Part shown: one piece after another, positions 50,118-63,119 of the stretch
Position numbering within the stretch: the stretch's first letter is position 1
Layout: each line of letters begins with the position of its first letter
Assembly: GCA_016699875.1 (NCBI GenBank)
Contig: CP064989.1
Span: forward strand, 186,297-250,296
DNA from: Candidatus Moraniibacteriota bacterium
GTDB taxonomy: Bacteria; Patescibacteriota; Minisyncoccia; Moranbacterales; UBA1568
Direction of reading: 5' to 3'
Length of the DNA: 64,000 bases
Made by a program: the position numbers and the translations under genes
The notes under the pieces: model-generated
What the model was told of the DNA's origin: nothing
Database searches by the model: none
The model's input: only the letters and a program-made list of their open reading frames with translations

Positions 50118-50446
50118 AATAAAAATAAAGGTGTCATTACTATCAGCCCAACAAGAAATGAAAGTCCGAAGCGCCTTAAGATAACCGCTGTACTCTCCTT
50201 GAAAGCTCGAGTAAAAGAAAGGGTCAAAAGAGACGTTGAGAAAAAAAGATACAGCAAAAAAGCAAAAGATTTTATTGTTTGAATAAAGGAGTCCGAAAAA
50301 TCAAAAAGAGAAGCAGAAAAAACTATAGGGAGCCACACAAGAAGACGGTAGCGCCCCCATTCGGATCGTAATTCCCCTTCTTGTCCGCTTTCAATGCCAC
50401 TCAACACTACTTCACTGACATTTTGACGCTGTTCTTTTTGTAACAT
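50114..50446 (-). CDS. possible small membrane protein (110 aa) in the unusual 357-bp gatC-gatA spacer
   Basis: Two or three hydrophobic segments. No SD. Weak call. Confidence 0.25.
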   Translation of the reverse strand: MLQKEQRQNVSEVVLSGIESGQEGELRSEWGRYRLLVWLPIVFSASLFDFSDSFIQTIKSFAFLLYLFFSTSLLTLSFTRAFKESTAVILRRFGLSFLVGLIVMTPLFLL

Positions 50447-50474
50447 AAAAACGTACCCATAAAAGAAAGTACCA

Positions 50475-50762
50475 TCAAAACACCGACTTTACCGTGAGAC
50501 TCCGTCCATCTTTTCGAGGAAACGAAGAAAGAATTCTCAATTGATCATCAGTATTAGAAAATTTCGACACATCCTCACGAAGAGCATTTGCTACGCCTGG
50601 CACACCGTCAAATGCAGGAACTCCCTCAACATCCGCCTGCTCCAATTCTCGAAACGAATCCAAAACAGCCGAAAGATCCGTGCGAAATTTCTCAATCTCC
50701 TCTTCTTCAAGCCCAATGCGCGCCAGTTGAGCAATATGTTTTACCTCTTCGATCGAAAGCAT
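50475..50762 (-). CDS. gatC: amidotransferase subunit C
   Basis: MLSIEEVKHIAQLARIGLEEEEIEKFRTDLSAVLD. Confidence 0.85.
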   Translation of the reverse strand: MLSIEEVKHIAQLARIGLEEEEIEKFRTDLSAVLDSFRELEQADVEGVPAFDGVPGVANALREDVSKFSNTDDQLRILSSFPRKDGRSLTVKSVF

Positions 50763-50772
50763 AGAAATATAG

Positions 50773-53049
<2,277 letters not shown>

Positions 53050-53628
53050 CTACGGATGGTAAACTTCTTCGTAGTTTCTGAGAGACACTGTTGTCTGAAC
53101 GGTTGAGGAGTTACCCTGACGAGTCACCTTTGCGTTCATCGTCACCCGACCAGCAAATTCCGACCCTCCGGAACCATCATCAGAAGGCACCGCCACAAAT
53201 TGCCCACTCATATTCGCACCACTTGCAACATCCATCAATACACTCTGTGTAAAGCCTGTCGCCGACGCACACCAAGACTTTTCATCGGATTGTCCAACAG
53301 GCAAATCTTTGGAATATTCACTGATACTATCTCCCTCAAAAGCATACTGGAGACACTTCGACTGCGAATAATCAAATACTCGTATTGTGGTCACGTTACT
53401 CATTGAAGTCGGGATAACAACAACGGATGTTCGCAAAACTTTTGCAATGCGATTCATGGCAAATCGGATATCTTCGAGATTCTGCTGAAGGCGCTTTGAA
53501 TTCTGATTCGTCGCCACAATGCTGACGAAATAAGACGTCACGCCCAACATGATAACGGAAAAGATAAATACCGAGAGGAGAACCTCCAGGAGTGAGAAAC
53601 CTTGTGATTTTTTGGAAAAAATAGACAT
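53050..53628 (-). CDS. type IV pilus minor pilin / pseudopilin (class III signal peptide, G|FSLLE)
   Basis: KSQGFSLLEVLLSVFIFSVIMLGV prepilin leader, then a hydrophobic helix with E+5. Confidence 0.7.
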   Translation of the reverse strand: MSIFSKKSQGFSLLEVLLSVFIFSVIMLGVTSYFVSIVATNQNSKRLQQNLEDIRFAMNRIAKVLRTSVVVIPTSMSNVTTIRVFDYSQSKCLQYAFEGDSISEYSKDLPVGQSDEKSWCASATGFTQSVLMDVASGANMSGQFVAVPSDDGSGGSEFAGRVTMNAKVTRQGNSSTVQTTVSLRNYEEVYHP

Positions 53629-53639
53629 ACGCTGCTCGG

Positions 53640-54233
53640 TTAATTTTCCTGAAGTTCCGTTTGAGAAAAAGTGCAATGGGTTGATTTATTACAATGATCC
53701 GGATCTATTGAACCAGGAAATTCCATTTCACTCCACACAACAACGCTCGTCACCTTTCGACTCCGCACTCCACCGGTGGAGGTATCTTCCACAAGAATCT
53801 TGCGAGCGAACTTCGTTGGAGTTCCGGACCCATATCCGAAAAGAGTGTTCGATCCGGAAGCAATGAACATAAGTCGACACGTCGCAAAAGTGGAACATGT
53901 TGAGAAAAGATTCGGATTCGAATAGCCGATCTTGTACGACCCGGGATTGATGTCATCATATGCGTCACTCGGACTACCATCAAACGAATCAACACCACGA
54001 ACAAGGTTCGTATCTCGCACATTATAGACCAACTCTATGCCCTCCTGGACCAACATCGAGGCAATAGTTGCATCGCGCTGAAGAAAAGAGCTTCGAAGAG
54101 TCGCTGTCGAAAGATTGACCACTCCCAAGAACCCGATTGAAAGCACAAAGAGCGAAATAATAACTTCCACAAAGGAGAATCCTTGTTGCGAACTATTTGC
54201 AATTCTTCGAATACACTGTGTTTCAAAAAGCAT
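53640..54233 (-). CDS. type IV pilus minor pilin (PilV-like)
   Basis: QQGFSFVEVIISLFVLSIGFLGV prepilin N-terminus. Confidence 0.7.
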   Translation of the reverse strand: MLFETQCIRRIANSSQQGFSFVEVIISLFVLSIGFLGVVNLSTATLRSSFLQRDATIASMLVQEGIELVYNVRDTNLVRGVDSFDGSPSDAYDDINPGSYKIGYSNPNLFSTCSTFATCRLMFIASGSNTLFGYGSGTPTKFARKILVEDTSTGGVRSRKVTSVVVWSEMEFPGSIDPDHCNKSTHCTFSQTELQEN

Positions 54234-54294
54234 AGGAGATACTGCGATATAACGAGTGAAAAACCGTAAAAAAATTCAGCTCTCGGAAATCTGC

Positions 54295-54834
54295 CTACGG
54301 ACAGGAAGGTACGGTTGTCGAAGCAGGTCGCTCGAGCACAGACCCCGAAGCAAGCACGCACACGGAAGAATATTTCCCACTCTTTTGAAGAACAACGTTC
54401 TGATTTGTACTACCAAGCACATCTCCATGAGGAACCCCGAAGTCGACACGCCATGTCGGCGATGCAAACGTCACTCCATTTGCCAATGAAAAAGTTCCGA
54501 GAGAAGATTCCGTAGTCTTGGAGGGATAGAGAGAACAATCACTGCTCAGATTGTTTCCCGGCTTCAGGTGTCGAACCAAAACCGCATAAGAACTCGCGCT
54601 CGTTGCTTCTGCCGCATGCCGGCAAAGCGCATTATCATTTCCGGCTTCTCGCACCCCTGCAAGTGCATTACTTTGAGCAACACGAATCGCCGCAGCCACC
54701 TCGCGCACAGACGTATTCAGCGCTGTCTCATCGCGCTTTCCTGAAAACGATACGAAGGTAATCGCCATCATGATGCTCATCAGCGCGATCACTGTCATCA
54801 CTTCGACAAAAGAGAAACCGCGAACAGCACGCAT
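54295..54834 (-). CDS. type IV pilus minor pilin / pseudopilin
   Basis: RGFSFVEVMTVIALMSIMMAI prepilin N-terminus. Confidence 0.7.
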   Translation of the reverse strand: MRAVRGFSFVEVMTVIALMSIMMAITFVSFSGKRDETALNTSVREVAAAIRVAQSNALAGVREAGNDNALCRHAAEATSASSYAVLVRHLKPGNNLSSDCSLYPSKTTESSLGTFSLANGVTFASPTWRVDFGVPHGDVLGSTNQNVVLQKSGKYSSVCVLASGSVLERPASTTVPSCP

Positions 54835-54938
54835 AAAGAGAAAATCAATATAACTTCGAAAAAAGTGAAGCCGTGATCCTGAAGAGTACGCTTAGTATAC
54901 CACAGTTCTTCATTTCAACGAAGGAATCGATCCGGATA

Positions 54939-55775
54939 CTACCAATACCAGAAAAACGCATTCGAAACGGCCGGAAACCATGCTGGCAAGACAAGGGCGA
55001 GCAACGCGCCAAGAATCAAAAACGGCCCAAGTGGAACCTGACTCTTCATTCCCTTCTTTCCGAAAACAATCAAAAGAATTCCAACAACAGCCCCCATGCC
55101 AAATGCCAAAACAAGCGCCAGCATCATATGCGGCCACCCGATAACCAGTCCCAAGAAGAATGCCAGGAACCCATCCCCCATCCCCATCCACTTCTCGTCC
55201 GAAAGCGCTGCCATGAGAAAAAGCGGCAGAAAAGCAATAAGCCCCGCCAGCACACCCGAGTACAGATGTAGCGACCATATCGACACGCCAGGAAAGAATC
55301 CGATGGCATCTGCAAGAAGCAACATCGGTAGCGACCAGCCCACCCCGATCCAGATGAGAATATTCGGAATTTCCATCGTATCAAGGTCAAAAAGGAAAAT
55401 GAGAACAAGTATGCTTGCCGAGACAAGGTAAAGCACTGTCAACACCCACGAAGAAATATCGCCCAGCGAAAAGAACGTCATCCCAAGAAGTGCGAAGAGA
55501 ATTCCGGTCACACACTCCACAATCGGATACCGCCACGATATTGCCAGGCGACACGATCGGCATTTCCCTCGAAGAAAGAGGAAGGAGAAAATCGGAATAT
55601 TGTCATACCACGCGATTTTCGCTCGACACTGCGGACACATGCTGCGCCCGCCCAGTCCGATTCCCTCCCTCATGCGCCACAAAACCGCATTGAGAAAACT
55701 CCCGATAAGTAGCCCGAAAATAAAAAAATCAAGAAAAACAAGCATAGTATTTCTGTTTACAAGAGAGATATCCAC
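54939..55775 (-). CDS. pilD: prepilin peptidase (A24 family)
   Basis: Zn-finger CPQCRAKI..CRSC, polytopic membrane domain, DxxD-type catalytic region (LFDLDTMEIPN). Confidence 0.85.
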   Translation of the reverse strand: MDISLVNRNTMLVFLDFFIFGLLIGSFLNAVLWRMREGIGLGGRSMCPQCRAKIAWYDNIPIFSFLFLRGKCRSCRLAISWRYPIVECVTGILFALLGMTFFSLGDISSWVLTVLYLVSASILVLIFLFDLDTMEIPNILIWIGVGWSLPMLLLADAIGFFPGVSIWSLHLYSGVLAGLIAFLPLFLMAALSDEKWMGMGDGFLAFFLGLVIGWPHMMLALVLAFGMGAVVGILLIVFGKKGMKSQVPLGPFLILGALLALVLPAWFPAVSNAFFWYW

Positions 55776-55832
55776 TCATTGTTTTCAGTATACCATCCAG
55801 CATCAGACCCACACAAAAATATTCAAACTCGC

Positions 55833-55868
55833 TATGAAAATCAAAGAGTCCCGACATTGCGGGACTCT
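55833..55868 (-). terminator. rho-independent terminator (minus) after the major pilin gene: agagtcccg / cgggactct 9-bp stem then ttgattttca
   Basis: Read from sequence. Confidence 0.55.
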
Positions 55869-55934
55869 TTGAAAAAGATTCATCAACTCAAAACACAAAC
55901 CCGTCCATCCAAATATCTCGAATATTCTAGACAA

Positions 55935-56318
55935 CTAACACTGTTTTCCAGACTGAGCTGTAAAAGCAGTTACGCCATCTTGAGTCACTGTAGCGCTGGC
56001 ACAACTTACTAGAGGAGCCGCCGTTGGAACTATGGTTACCTGAAATGTTCCTGCACCAGTCGCCGTACAGCTCTGAGAGTTCACTGTTGCTGAAGCCATC
56101 AAGTTCCCCATAACAGGAGCTGTATTGTTTACAAGAGTGCCCCCATCACACTGTAGAATGGCTGCCGCCTGATAAGAATGCACCTGAGCCTTGAATGCAG
56201 CGACATTTGCCTTCTCACGCGCGCTGCTCAAGCTCACCAACACGATAGACGCCAAGATACCAATAATTGCAATAACGATCAGGAGTTCGATAAGAGTAAA
56301 ACCTTTTATTTTTTTCAT
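55935..56318 (-). CDS. pilA: type IV pilin (PilA-like, type IVa); aaggaggtga SD
   Basis: [27 protein letters not shown]-terminal Cys pair. Confidence 0.85.
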   Translation of the reverse strand: MKKIKGFTLIELLIVIAIIGILASIVLVSLSSAREKANVAAFKAQVHSYQAAAILQCDGGTLVNNTAPVMGNLMASATVNSQSCTATGAGTFQVTIVPTAAPLVSCASATVTQDGVTAFTAQSGKQC

Positions 56319-56386
56319 AATTTCTCACCTCCTTTCTGTTTGTATTTGTCAATACCACGCCATTCTCTTTTCCATCCCCTGGAATA

Positions 56387-56800
56387 CTAGCAATCGGTGA
56401 CTCCGTCAGCAAGTTTAAAGCTCATTATTCCCGTTTCTCTAATAACAGCAGTACAGATATCAGAAAGTTGTGCAGAAGGAATAGAAACATCAAACGTATT
56501 CGCAGAACCAGTGCCGCAATTTTGAGGAGTATTTTCAGCAATACCTCCAGCATTTATATCCGAAGGAATCGTGCCAAAAGATCCTGTTCCATCTGTAAAA
56601 TCAATAATTTCACCGTCACACACTTCAAGAGCTTTTGTCTGCATAGAGTGCACGACTGCTTTAAATCTAGACATCTTCGCTTTCTCGCGAGCACTCTGCA
56701 AACTCACCAACACGATAGATGCCAAAATACCAATGATCGCAATAACAATCAGAAGTTCTATCAATGTAAACCCACCCGCATAAGATCTTGCTCTCTTCAT
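56387..56800 (-). CDS. pilA: second type IV pilin (tandem paralog). Its N-terminal ~35 codons are nearly identical at DNA level to those of the downstream pilin gene.
   Basis: [27 protein letters not shown]-terminal Cys pair. Confidence 0.85.
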   Translation of the reverse strand: MKRARSYAGGFTLIELLIVIAIIGILASIVLVSLQSAREKAKMSRFKAVVHSMQTKALEVCDGEIIDFTDGTGSFGTIPSDINAGGIAENTPQNCGTGSANTFDVSIPSAQLSDICTAVIRETGIMSFKLADGVTDC

Positions 56801-56869
56801 ACGATCATTTTTATATTACTTTTTTCCTCAAACACTTGGACAAAAAACCACTCCTCAACACTGCTGCAG

Positions 56870-58081
56870 CTACGCAATCGAGCCCGTAATATTGTATATA
56901 GGCATTATAACAGAAACCACCAAGATACCAACGCCGATACCAAGGAAAACGATCAGGATCGGCTCGATAAGCGATGTCATGTTGCGCGTGATATTGTCGA
57001 CTTCCTGGCTGTAGAAGCGTGCTGTACTATCAAGCACATGGTTCATCTTCCCTGTTTCCTCGCCGATCATCAGCATACGCGAGACAATCGGGGGAATGTC
57101 TGAAGAACGCGAGAAAACCGAGCTGATCGTCTTCCCGGTTTTTACCTCGTCAGCAGCACGCAATATTACCGCCTGATACACCGTGTTGCCGACCACATCG
57201 GAAACAATATGGAGCGCCCGAACAACCGGAATACCGCTCGAGAGAAGCGCGCTCAAATTATCGGCAAAACGCGCGATGTAGACATACCGCAATAGCATCC
57301 CAATCACCGGAATCTTCAGCTGGAGATGATTCCATTCGCGACGACCATCCTCGCTCCTCGCATAAAATATCGCCCCACCAAAAGCGGCGATCAAAAGGAG
57401 GAGCACGGCCCACCAGTACGAACTCATAAAGTCTCCGACTCCCATAACCACTTTCGTATACCACGGAATCGGCACGCCCAGATCCTTAATCATGATCGTG
57501 AGTTTCGGCAATATAAATGAGACCACGATAAACGAAATGATAGCGGCAACCGCCACCACGAATCCCGGATAAAAAAGCGCGCCTTTCACGCGAGACGAAA
57601 GAAGATAGTTCCGCTCGATATTGTCCGCAATAAATGTCACCGATTTCTGAAGATTTCCGGAGAGCTCTCCCGAGCGCACCATATTGACCACAAGCGGCGA
57701 AAAGGTGTCCGGAAAACGCCCAAGCGCCTCTGAAAACGCCATGCCATCTTCAAGATCATCCGCTACTTCCTTCACAATAAGCCGCAGATACTTGTTGTCC
57801 GACTGATCGGCAATCGCCTGAAGCGAACTCACAACCGGAACGCGAGCCTCAATAAGTGTCGATAACTGGCGAAAGAACACCATAAGCTCTTTCTGAGTTA
57901 CGCGATCAAGCATTTTCTGGAATTCACGTTCTACGGAAAACCCCGCACTCTCACGATCAACCGAAACCGGAACCAATCCATTTCGCTGCAAAATCTGCGC
58001 CGCAAGGTCTTTGTTAAGAGCCTCCACGGTTCCTTTTTTGACCGAGCCGGACTCATCTTTCGCTGCAAATATATACCGCAT
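56870..58081 (-). CDS. pilC: type IV pilus platform protein PilC (GspF family)
   Basis: Duplicated GspF domains, three TM segments. LSSGIPVVRAL-type motifs. Confidence 0.9.
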   Translation of the reverse strand: MRYIFAAKDESGSVKKGTVEALNKDLAAQILQRNGLVPVSVDRESAGFSVEREFQKMLDRVTQKELMVFFRQLSTLIEARVPVVSSLQAIADQSDNKYLRLIVKEVADDLEDGMAFSEALGRFPDTFSPLVVNMVRSGELSGNLQKSVTFIADNIERNYLLSSRVKGALFYPGFVVAVAAIISFIVVSFILPKLTIMIKDLGVPIPWYTKVVMGVGDFMSSYWWAVLLLLIAAFGGAIFYARSEDGRREWNHLQLKIPVIGMLLRYVYIARFADNLSALLSSGIPVVRALHIVSDVVGNTVYQAVILRAADEVKTGKTISSVFSRSSDIPPIVSRMLMIGEETGKMNHVLDSTARFYSQEVDNITRNMTSLIEPILIVFLGIGVGILVVSVIMPIYNITGSIA

Positions 58082-58233
58082 AGAAAAGTTTTTATTCGAC
58101 TTCCTTATAAACGCAACGTTTTCAAGAAAGGTTACCCGCCCAACAAATATGAGAAGTACATTCCAAATTCCTTCTATGTCCCAAACTCAGAAAGAGGGCT
58201 GGTCGGAGTTCTACTCAAAAATTTTACCCGTTA

Positions 58234-59316
58234 CTATTCCGACTTCCCTCCGACCAACATGCGGAAATAATCGCGATTCTTCGAATACCTGAAAGCATCT
58301 TCCACATCTACCAGCCCTTGCTGCACCAAATCAGCCAGTGATCGATCGAGAGAAATCATACCATCCTTTAAACTCGTCTCTATAACGCTATCAATCTGGA
58401 AACTCTTATTCTCACGAATGAGATTCTCAACAGCATGGTTTTTCAACATAATTTCAATCGCCGGAATCCGCCCGCCCCCGATCCGCGGCAAAAGCCTCTG
58501 CGACACCACCCCCAAAAGCACGCTCGCCATCTGTGCTCGAATCTGATTCTGCTGATAGGCTGGAAACACATCGATCACACGATCAATCGTCTGAGCGGAA
58601 TCATTGGTGTGCAGCGTCGCAAAGATAAGGTGACCTGTTTCCGCTGCTGTCATGGCAGTCGACATCGTCTCCAAGTCACGAAGCTCTCCAAGCAAAACCA
58701 CGTTCGCATCCTCACGAAATACCGCTCGAAGCGCCTTTGAGAAATCTTTGGCATCTTCACCGACTTCTCGCTGATTGATAATGCAATGATCCTGCACATA
58801 CACATACTCAATCGGATCTTCAATCGTCAGAATATGCTTGTCCTGGTTGTGATTAATAGAATCAATAAGCGCGGCAAGCGTCGTGGATTTCCCATGCCCG
58901 ACCGGACCCGCCACCAATACCAGCCCCTGCGACTGCTTGGTGAAATCATAAAGGGAGGGCGGCATATTCAATTCCTCAAGGGTCCGTATACGTTCGCCCA
59001 CAAAACGCATAGTGACGCTAATGTATCCTTTCTGAAAAAAGACATTCGTTCGAAAACGCGCCTTGTTGTCAAAATTGTAAGAAAAGTCAGTCTGACCATC
59101 CTCGAGCAACTCCTTTTGATTCGCCTCTCGCAAAATAACATCCGCAAGCCCCTTCGTATCATCCGGAGTAAGAATCCCCTCCTTGGAAATCGGGACCAGT
59201 CGACCGTCAATGCGAAGCGTCGGATATCGCCCCACCGCCAAGTGCAAATCAGACGCGCCTTCCTGTCCCACGAGAAGCAAAATATTTTTCATTCGCTGTT
59301 CGTACCGAAGATCCAT
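58234..59316 (-). CDS. pilT: twitching-motility retraction ATPase PilT
   Basis: LVLVAGPVGHGKSTTLAALI Walker A, ILTIEDPIEY Asp box, VVLLGELRD Walker B, and His box. Confidence 0.9.
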   Translation of the reverse strand: MDLRYEQRMKNILLLVGQEGASDLHLAVGRYPTLRIDGRLVPISKEGILTPDDTKGLADVILREANQKELLEDGQTDFSYNFDNKARFRTNVFFQKGYISVTMRFVGERIRTLEELNMPPSLYDFTKQSQGLVLVAGPVGHGKSTTLAALIDSINHNQDKHILTIEDPIEYVYVQDHCIINQREVGEDAKDFSKALRAVFREDANVVLLGELRDLETMSTAMTAAETGHLIFATLHTNDSAQTIDRVIDVFPAYQQNQIRAQMASVLLGVVSQRLLPRIGGGRIPAIEIMLKNHAVENLIRENKSFQIDSVIETSLKDGMISLDRSLADLVQQGLVDVEDAFRYSKNRDYFRMLVGGKSE

Positions 59317-59406
59317 AACTGAAATAATATTTCACAAAGAAACTATCGCAAACAAGTCTGCTATAAACTACTTCCACAGTCCCATTCATCACTCACCAAA
59401 GCTCTT

Positions 59407-59817
59407 CTATTTTATCACAGTTTCATATTCTCCCGAAACACTTCCCTGCAAAAACTCTCTCACACGATGAAATATTTCTGTCGGCGTAAGATGAGACTTC
59501 ACAATATAATCTTTCGCACCCAAAGCAAGACTCTCTTCCACGTCTTCCTCTTGCGAAAGATTCGAGAGAACCAGTATGGGGACAGCTGCAAGATTTGGAA
59601 GTTTTTTTACTTCTTCAAGAAACTCACGTCCATCCATATTCGGCATGATAAGGTCAAGCAGAATCACATCCGGAACGAATCCCTCCTGAAGCTTTGAGAA
59701 TGCCTTTGCGCCATCGCCTACTGCCACCACCTCACATCCCTCGTGTTTGAACTTTGTCTCATAGATATCACTGACAAAGAAGTCGTCCTCCACAATAAGC
59801 ACCTTCTTTCCTTTCAT
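59407..59817 (-). CDS. single-domain response regulator (CheY-like receiver), embedded between pilB and pilT; start probably MKGKKVLIVEDD
   Basis: VLIVEDD ... DVILLDLIMPNMDG ... K; Asp pocket and conserved Lys present. Confidence 0.8.
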   Translation of the reverse strand: MKGKKVLIVEDDFFVSDIYETKFKHEGCEVVAVGDGAKAFSKLQEGFVPDVILLDLIMPNMDGREFLEEVKKLPNLAAVPILVLSNLSQEEDVEESLALGAKDYIVKSHLTPTEIFHRVREFLQGSVSGEYETVIK

Positions 59818-59869
59818 ATCGCCTGTATCCATAAGCTTTCTCGAAAAATTGAAATTCATTCAAGAACAT

Positions 59870-61582
59870 CTACTCCTCATCAACCAAATCCGCCCCTTCA
59901 GTGACACGCTCCACCTCGGCGATTGTCGTGTCCCCGCGCAAGGCTTTGAGAAGTCCATCTTGCTTCATCGAAGTCATGCCCTGCTTCCGAGCGAGTTCTT
60001 GCACCTCCACTTCACTTCCTTTTCGCTCCGATATGATTTCCCGAAGAGAATCCGTCATCTCAAGAACCTCATGCAATGCGATACGCCCTTTGTAACCGGA
60101 GTCATTACACTCCGAGCAACCCTTCCCTGCGAAGAATTGGAGCTTCCCATCGAGCTTCACCTGATATTTCGCCGCTTCCTCCGGAGAAATATTCGAGAGA
60201 AAATCGCGAATCTTCACGAGCACTCCGTCTGGCGGAGAGAATTGTTCTTTACAGTGCTCGCAAATACGACGAACCAGACGCTGTGCTGCCACCGCCTGAA
60301 GCGATGAGGCGAGCAGAAACGGTTCAATGCCCATATCAATGAGGCGCGGCACCGCACCGATCGCATCATTGGTATGCAGCGTCGAGAACACAAGGTGCCC
60401 CGTCAACGCCGCATGAATTGCCAGTTCAGCTGTCTCATTATCGCGAATCTCCCCCACCATCAGCACATTCGGATCCTGACGCAAGATACTCCGAAGTCCG
60501 CTCGCAAAGGTATAACCAATTTCCGGTTTCACCTGACTCTGATTGATACCATCAAGAAAATATTCGACAGGATCTTCGAGCGTCACTATATTTCGCTCTT
60601 CTTTATTCAGAATACTAAGAAATCCATAGAGCGTTGTCGACTTTCCAGACCCGGTTGGTCCTGTCATGAGAATAATCCCATACGGCTCCATGATTTTCCT
60701 GGTAAGCACTTCGTAGTTTCTCCCGGAGAGCCCCATTTTCTCAAGACTTGCCAGACCGGCCGATTTGTCCAATACGCGCAACACTACTTTCTCTCCCTCA
60801 ACCACCGGGAGCGTCGAAACGCGAAGATCTATCGTTGTCCCTCGCTCCGTAACGCGAAACCGCCCATCCTGAGGTTTCCGCTTCTCGTCAATTTTGAGAT
60901 TGGCAAGTATTTTTATACGAGACACCACTGCCTTTCCAACCGAAACCGGCAGAATGAGTGAGGCATACAAAACACCGTCCACGCGAAACCGGACCCGATA
61001 ATTTCCCTCGACTGGTTCGATATGGATATCACTTGCGCGTCCATCGATAGCATGACCTATAACCACCTGCACAAGCTTCGCAATTGGCGCATCCTGAAAT
61101 GTTCCCTGATCCTCCCCTACTGAGAGAGGGGAGATGTCCGGGACATTGCTGTTGTCACTGAGAGATTTTATTGCCTCAGAAAGCGCCTTCTCAGTTTCGG
61201 AGTACTGAGAGAGTATACCGTCCAGCACCGTCTTGGAAACCTGATAGGTTCGAACCTCAACGCCTTCTTTCTCAGCAAGAAACCGGAGCACATTGAGTGC
61301 TTCCAGATTTTGCGGATCCTCCATAGCGACCCGATACACCGAATCCTTCTGTTCAAATGATGCCATGCGATACCGCTTCGCCGCATCTTCCGCGATGAAA
61401 TTCAGTATTTTCTTGTCTATTTTTTTTGCGACAATCTCAGGAGATACAAAAGGCTTCTCGCCGGCGCCAACCTTCGTTCCCGAGCTATCCGCATGCGGCA
61501 AGGCGACCGGATTGTTCGAACGGGATGAAGTATCCGCCATAAACAAATGGACTGAAACAAACAAGAAGATCCATAGAAACAA
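59870..61582 (-). CDS. pilB: type IV pilus assembly ATPase PilB (GspE family); start uncertain
   Basis: ILMTGPTGSGKSTTLY Walker A, VTLEDPVEY, tetracysteine CEHC..CSEC Zn motif, and N-terminal GSPII_E_N-like domain. Confidence 0.9.
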   Translation of the reverse strand: MFLWIFLFVSVHLFMADTSSRSNNPVALPHADSSGTKVGAGEKPFVSPEIVAKKIDKKILNFIAEDAAKRYRMASFEQKDSVYRVAMEDPQNLEALNVLRFLAEKEGVEVRTYQVSKTVLDGILSQYSETEKALSEAIKSLSDNSNVPDISPLSVGEDQGTFQDAPIAKLVQVVIGHAIDGRASDIHIEPVEGNYRVRFRVDGVLYASLILPVSVGKAVVSRIKILANLKIDEKRKPQDGRFRVTERGTTIDLRVSTLPVVEGEKVVLRVLDKSAGLASLEKMGLSGRNYEVLTRKIMEPYGIILMTGPTGSGKSTTLYGFLSILNKEERNIVTLEDPVEYFLDGINQSQVKPEIGYTFASGLRSILRQDPNVLMVGEIRDNETAELAIHAALTGHLVFSTLHTNDAIGAVPRLIDMGIEPFLLASSLQAVAAQRLVRRICEHCKEQFSPPDGVLVKIRDFLSNISPEEAAKYQVKLDGKLQFFAGKGCSECNDSGYKGRIALHEVLEMTDSLREIISERKGSEVEVQELARKQGMTSMKQDGLLKALRGDTTIAEVERVTEGADLVDEE

Positions 61583-61604
61583 ACTGCTTCACTACCTCCA
61601 TCAA

Positions 61605-62435
61605 TTAACGAACAAACGGATTGGCGCGCTCGGAAGGAGCTGCATCAAGGGCTGGCAATTCATTCAATACTCGTTCTCGAAGATCTTGCACGACTGCCAA
61701 GTTGAACGTTGACGCTTTAAACATATCGAGAAGAACTCCGGAAGAGATAACGGTTCCGGGAAGTACACCAAACCGAACAATCATTTCAGCACTCAACGTG
61801 TCAGAAGATACACTGGCATGTTCATTCCCTGATTGATCCTCTGACTTTTGGGAAATATCCACAGAAACAAAATTCTGGAAATGGTTGGAGTGATACAGAT
61901 GATCGACGAATGTTTTGATCTGATCATACTTCCCAAGTGCAAATATGGAGACTTCCACCGATCGGAGACGCGCATCCGGAGAAGATTTTGTGAACACTAA
62001 TTCCGGAGATGACGTATCCGATCCCAGAATACTTCCCGGGGAGTTCGCCGCAGCCTCAGCTTGATCATTCTCCATCTGCACCTGCTGAGCCGCTGCTTTT
62101 GCCAAATCGCTCGATAGCGGTTTTAAATCCGCCGAAACAAGCAACGCACCGGATTCACTTGCAAGAAAGTTCACTTCATCAATAATGACATCGTCACTTC
62201 CCATTTTTGGCAAATACGTTTCCACAAACTGTCGGTCGCTATCAATGCTCGCGAGATTCCTATCGAGCGTGTCGATATTGGCAATCACTTGATCCATTTG
62301 CGCAAGCTGTGTCATCGTCTCACTTTTCTGCGCGCGCAATGCGATTGCCGAAGAAATTTCCGGCTGCACCCAGAATACGCCGACTGCCAACGCAATTACC
62401 AAGGAAAGAGGAAAAAGAAGAAGCTTTACTTTCAT
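61605..62435 (-). CDS. pilO: PilO-like bitopic pilus-assembly protein (position/topology call)
   Basis: Single N-terminal TM, coiled-coil, then a periplasmic domain. Sits between pilN-like and pilB. Confidence 0.5.
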   Translation of the reverse strand: MKVKLLLFPLSLVIALAVGVFWVQPEISSAIALRAQKSETMTQLAQMDQVIANIDTLDRNLASIDSDRQFVETYLPKMGSDDVIIDEVNFLASESGALLVSADLKPLSSDLAKAAAQQVQMENDQAEAAANSPGSILGSDTSSPELVFTKSSPDARLRSVEVSIFALGKYDQIKTFVDHLYHSNHFQNFVSVDISQKSEDQSGNEHASVSSDTLSAEMIVRFGVLPGTVISSGVLLDMFKASTFNLAVVQDLRERVLNELPALDAAPSERANPFVR

Positions 62436-62507
62436 AGCGCTTTTTATATTAAAAACCACCCAGAAAACCAAACGAGGAGCAAGCTACGCAAACGCCGGAC
62501 CCATTTA

Positions 62508-63038
62508 TCAGAGAGACAAGTTTAATTCTGCAATAATCTTTCCATCCGTGCCAATCTTCACATTTCCATCAACCGATACAGCGGAAAAATCCGCCGCCTG
62601 TTTAAATGCTACTATCTGTTGCGCCACCGCACGGAAAGAATCTGAGACCAATGCTATCTTCACCGTGCCACCGGCAACATCATAAGAATACGAGGAGAGA
62701 TTCACGTCCGGCATCATAGCGCGTTCTATTCGAGAAAGCGGATCATTCGGAACTGAAGCGGTGTTCTGAAGATTTTCATCAATAACACTCAGCCGATCAG
62801 CAAAGTCCGCAACACGATTCGCCTTCTCCCCAGCAACAAGATTTCTCTTTGCAGTCAAATCCTCCTTATAAGAAGCAAGGCTGTTCTCCAACGACTGCAC
62901 ATAGTACACCGTCCCAAAATATGCTGCGAAGGTAATCACAAGAATGATGACCGAAAGAGAGAATGATCCTCCAAGAAAGCCTTGCGACGGACGATTCGCC
63001 GCACCTCCCTCTCCGGACATAAGATTTATTTGGGACAT
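62508..63038 (-). CDS. pilN: PilN-like bitopic pilus-assembly protein
   Basis: Short cytoplasmic N-terminus (INLM..), TM helix, then a periplasmic coiled-coil. Immediately downstream of pilM. Confidence 0.55.
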   Translation of the reverse strand: MSQINLMSGEGGAANRPSQGFLGGSFSLSVIILVITFAAYFGTVYYVQSLENSLASYKEDLTAKRNLVAGEKANRVADFADRLSVIDENLQNTASVPNDPLSRIERAMMPDVNLSSYSYDVAGGTVKIALVSDSFRAVAQQIVAFKQAADFSAVSVDGNVKIGTDGKIIAELNLSL

Positions 63039-63119
63039 AGGTACAAGAATTTCGTATAAGTTATTTATTTTTTATATTTTCTTTCGAAAGTATACCACAG
63101 AAAGACACATCTCGAAAAA

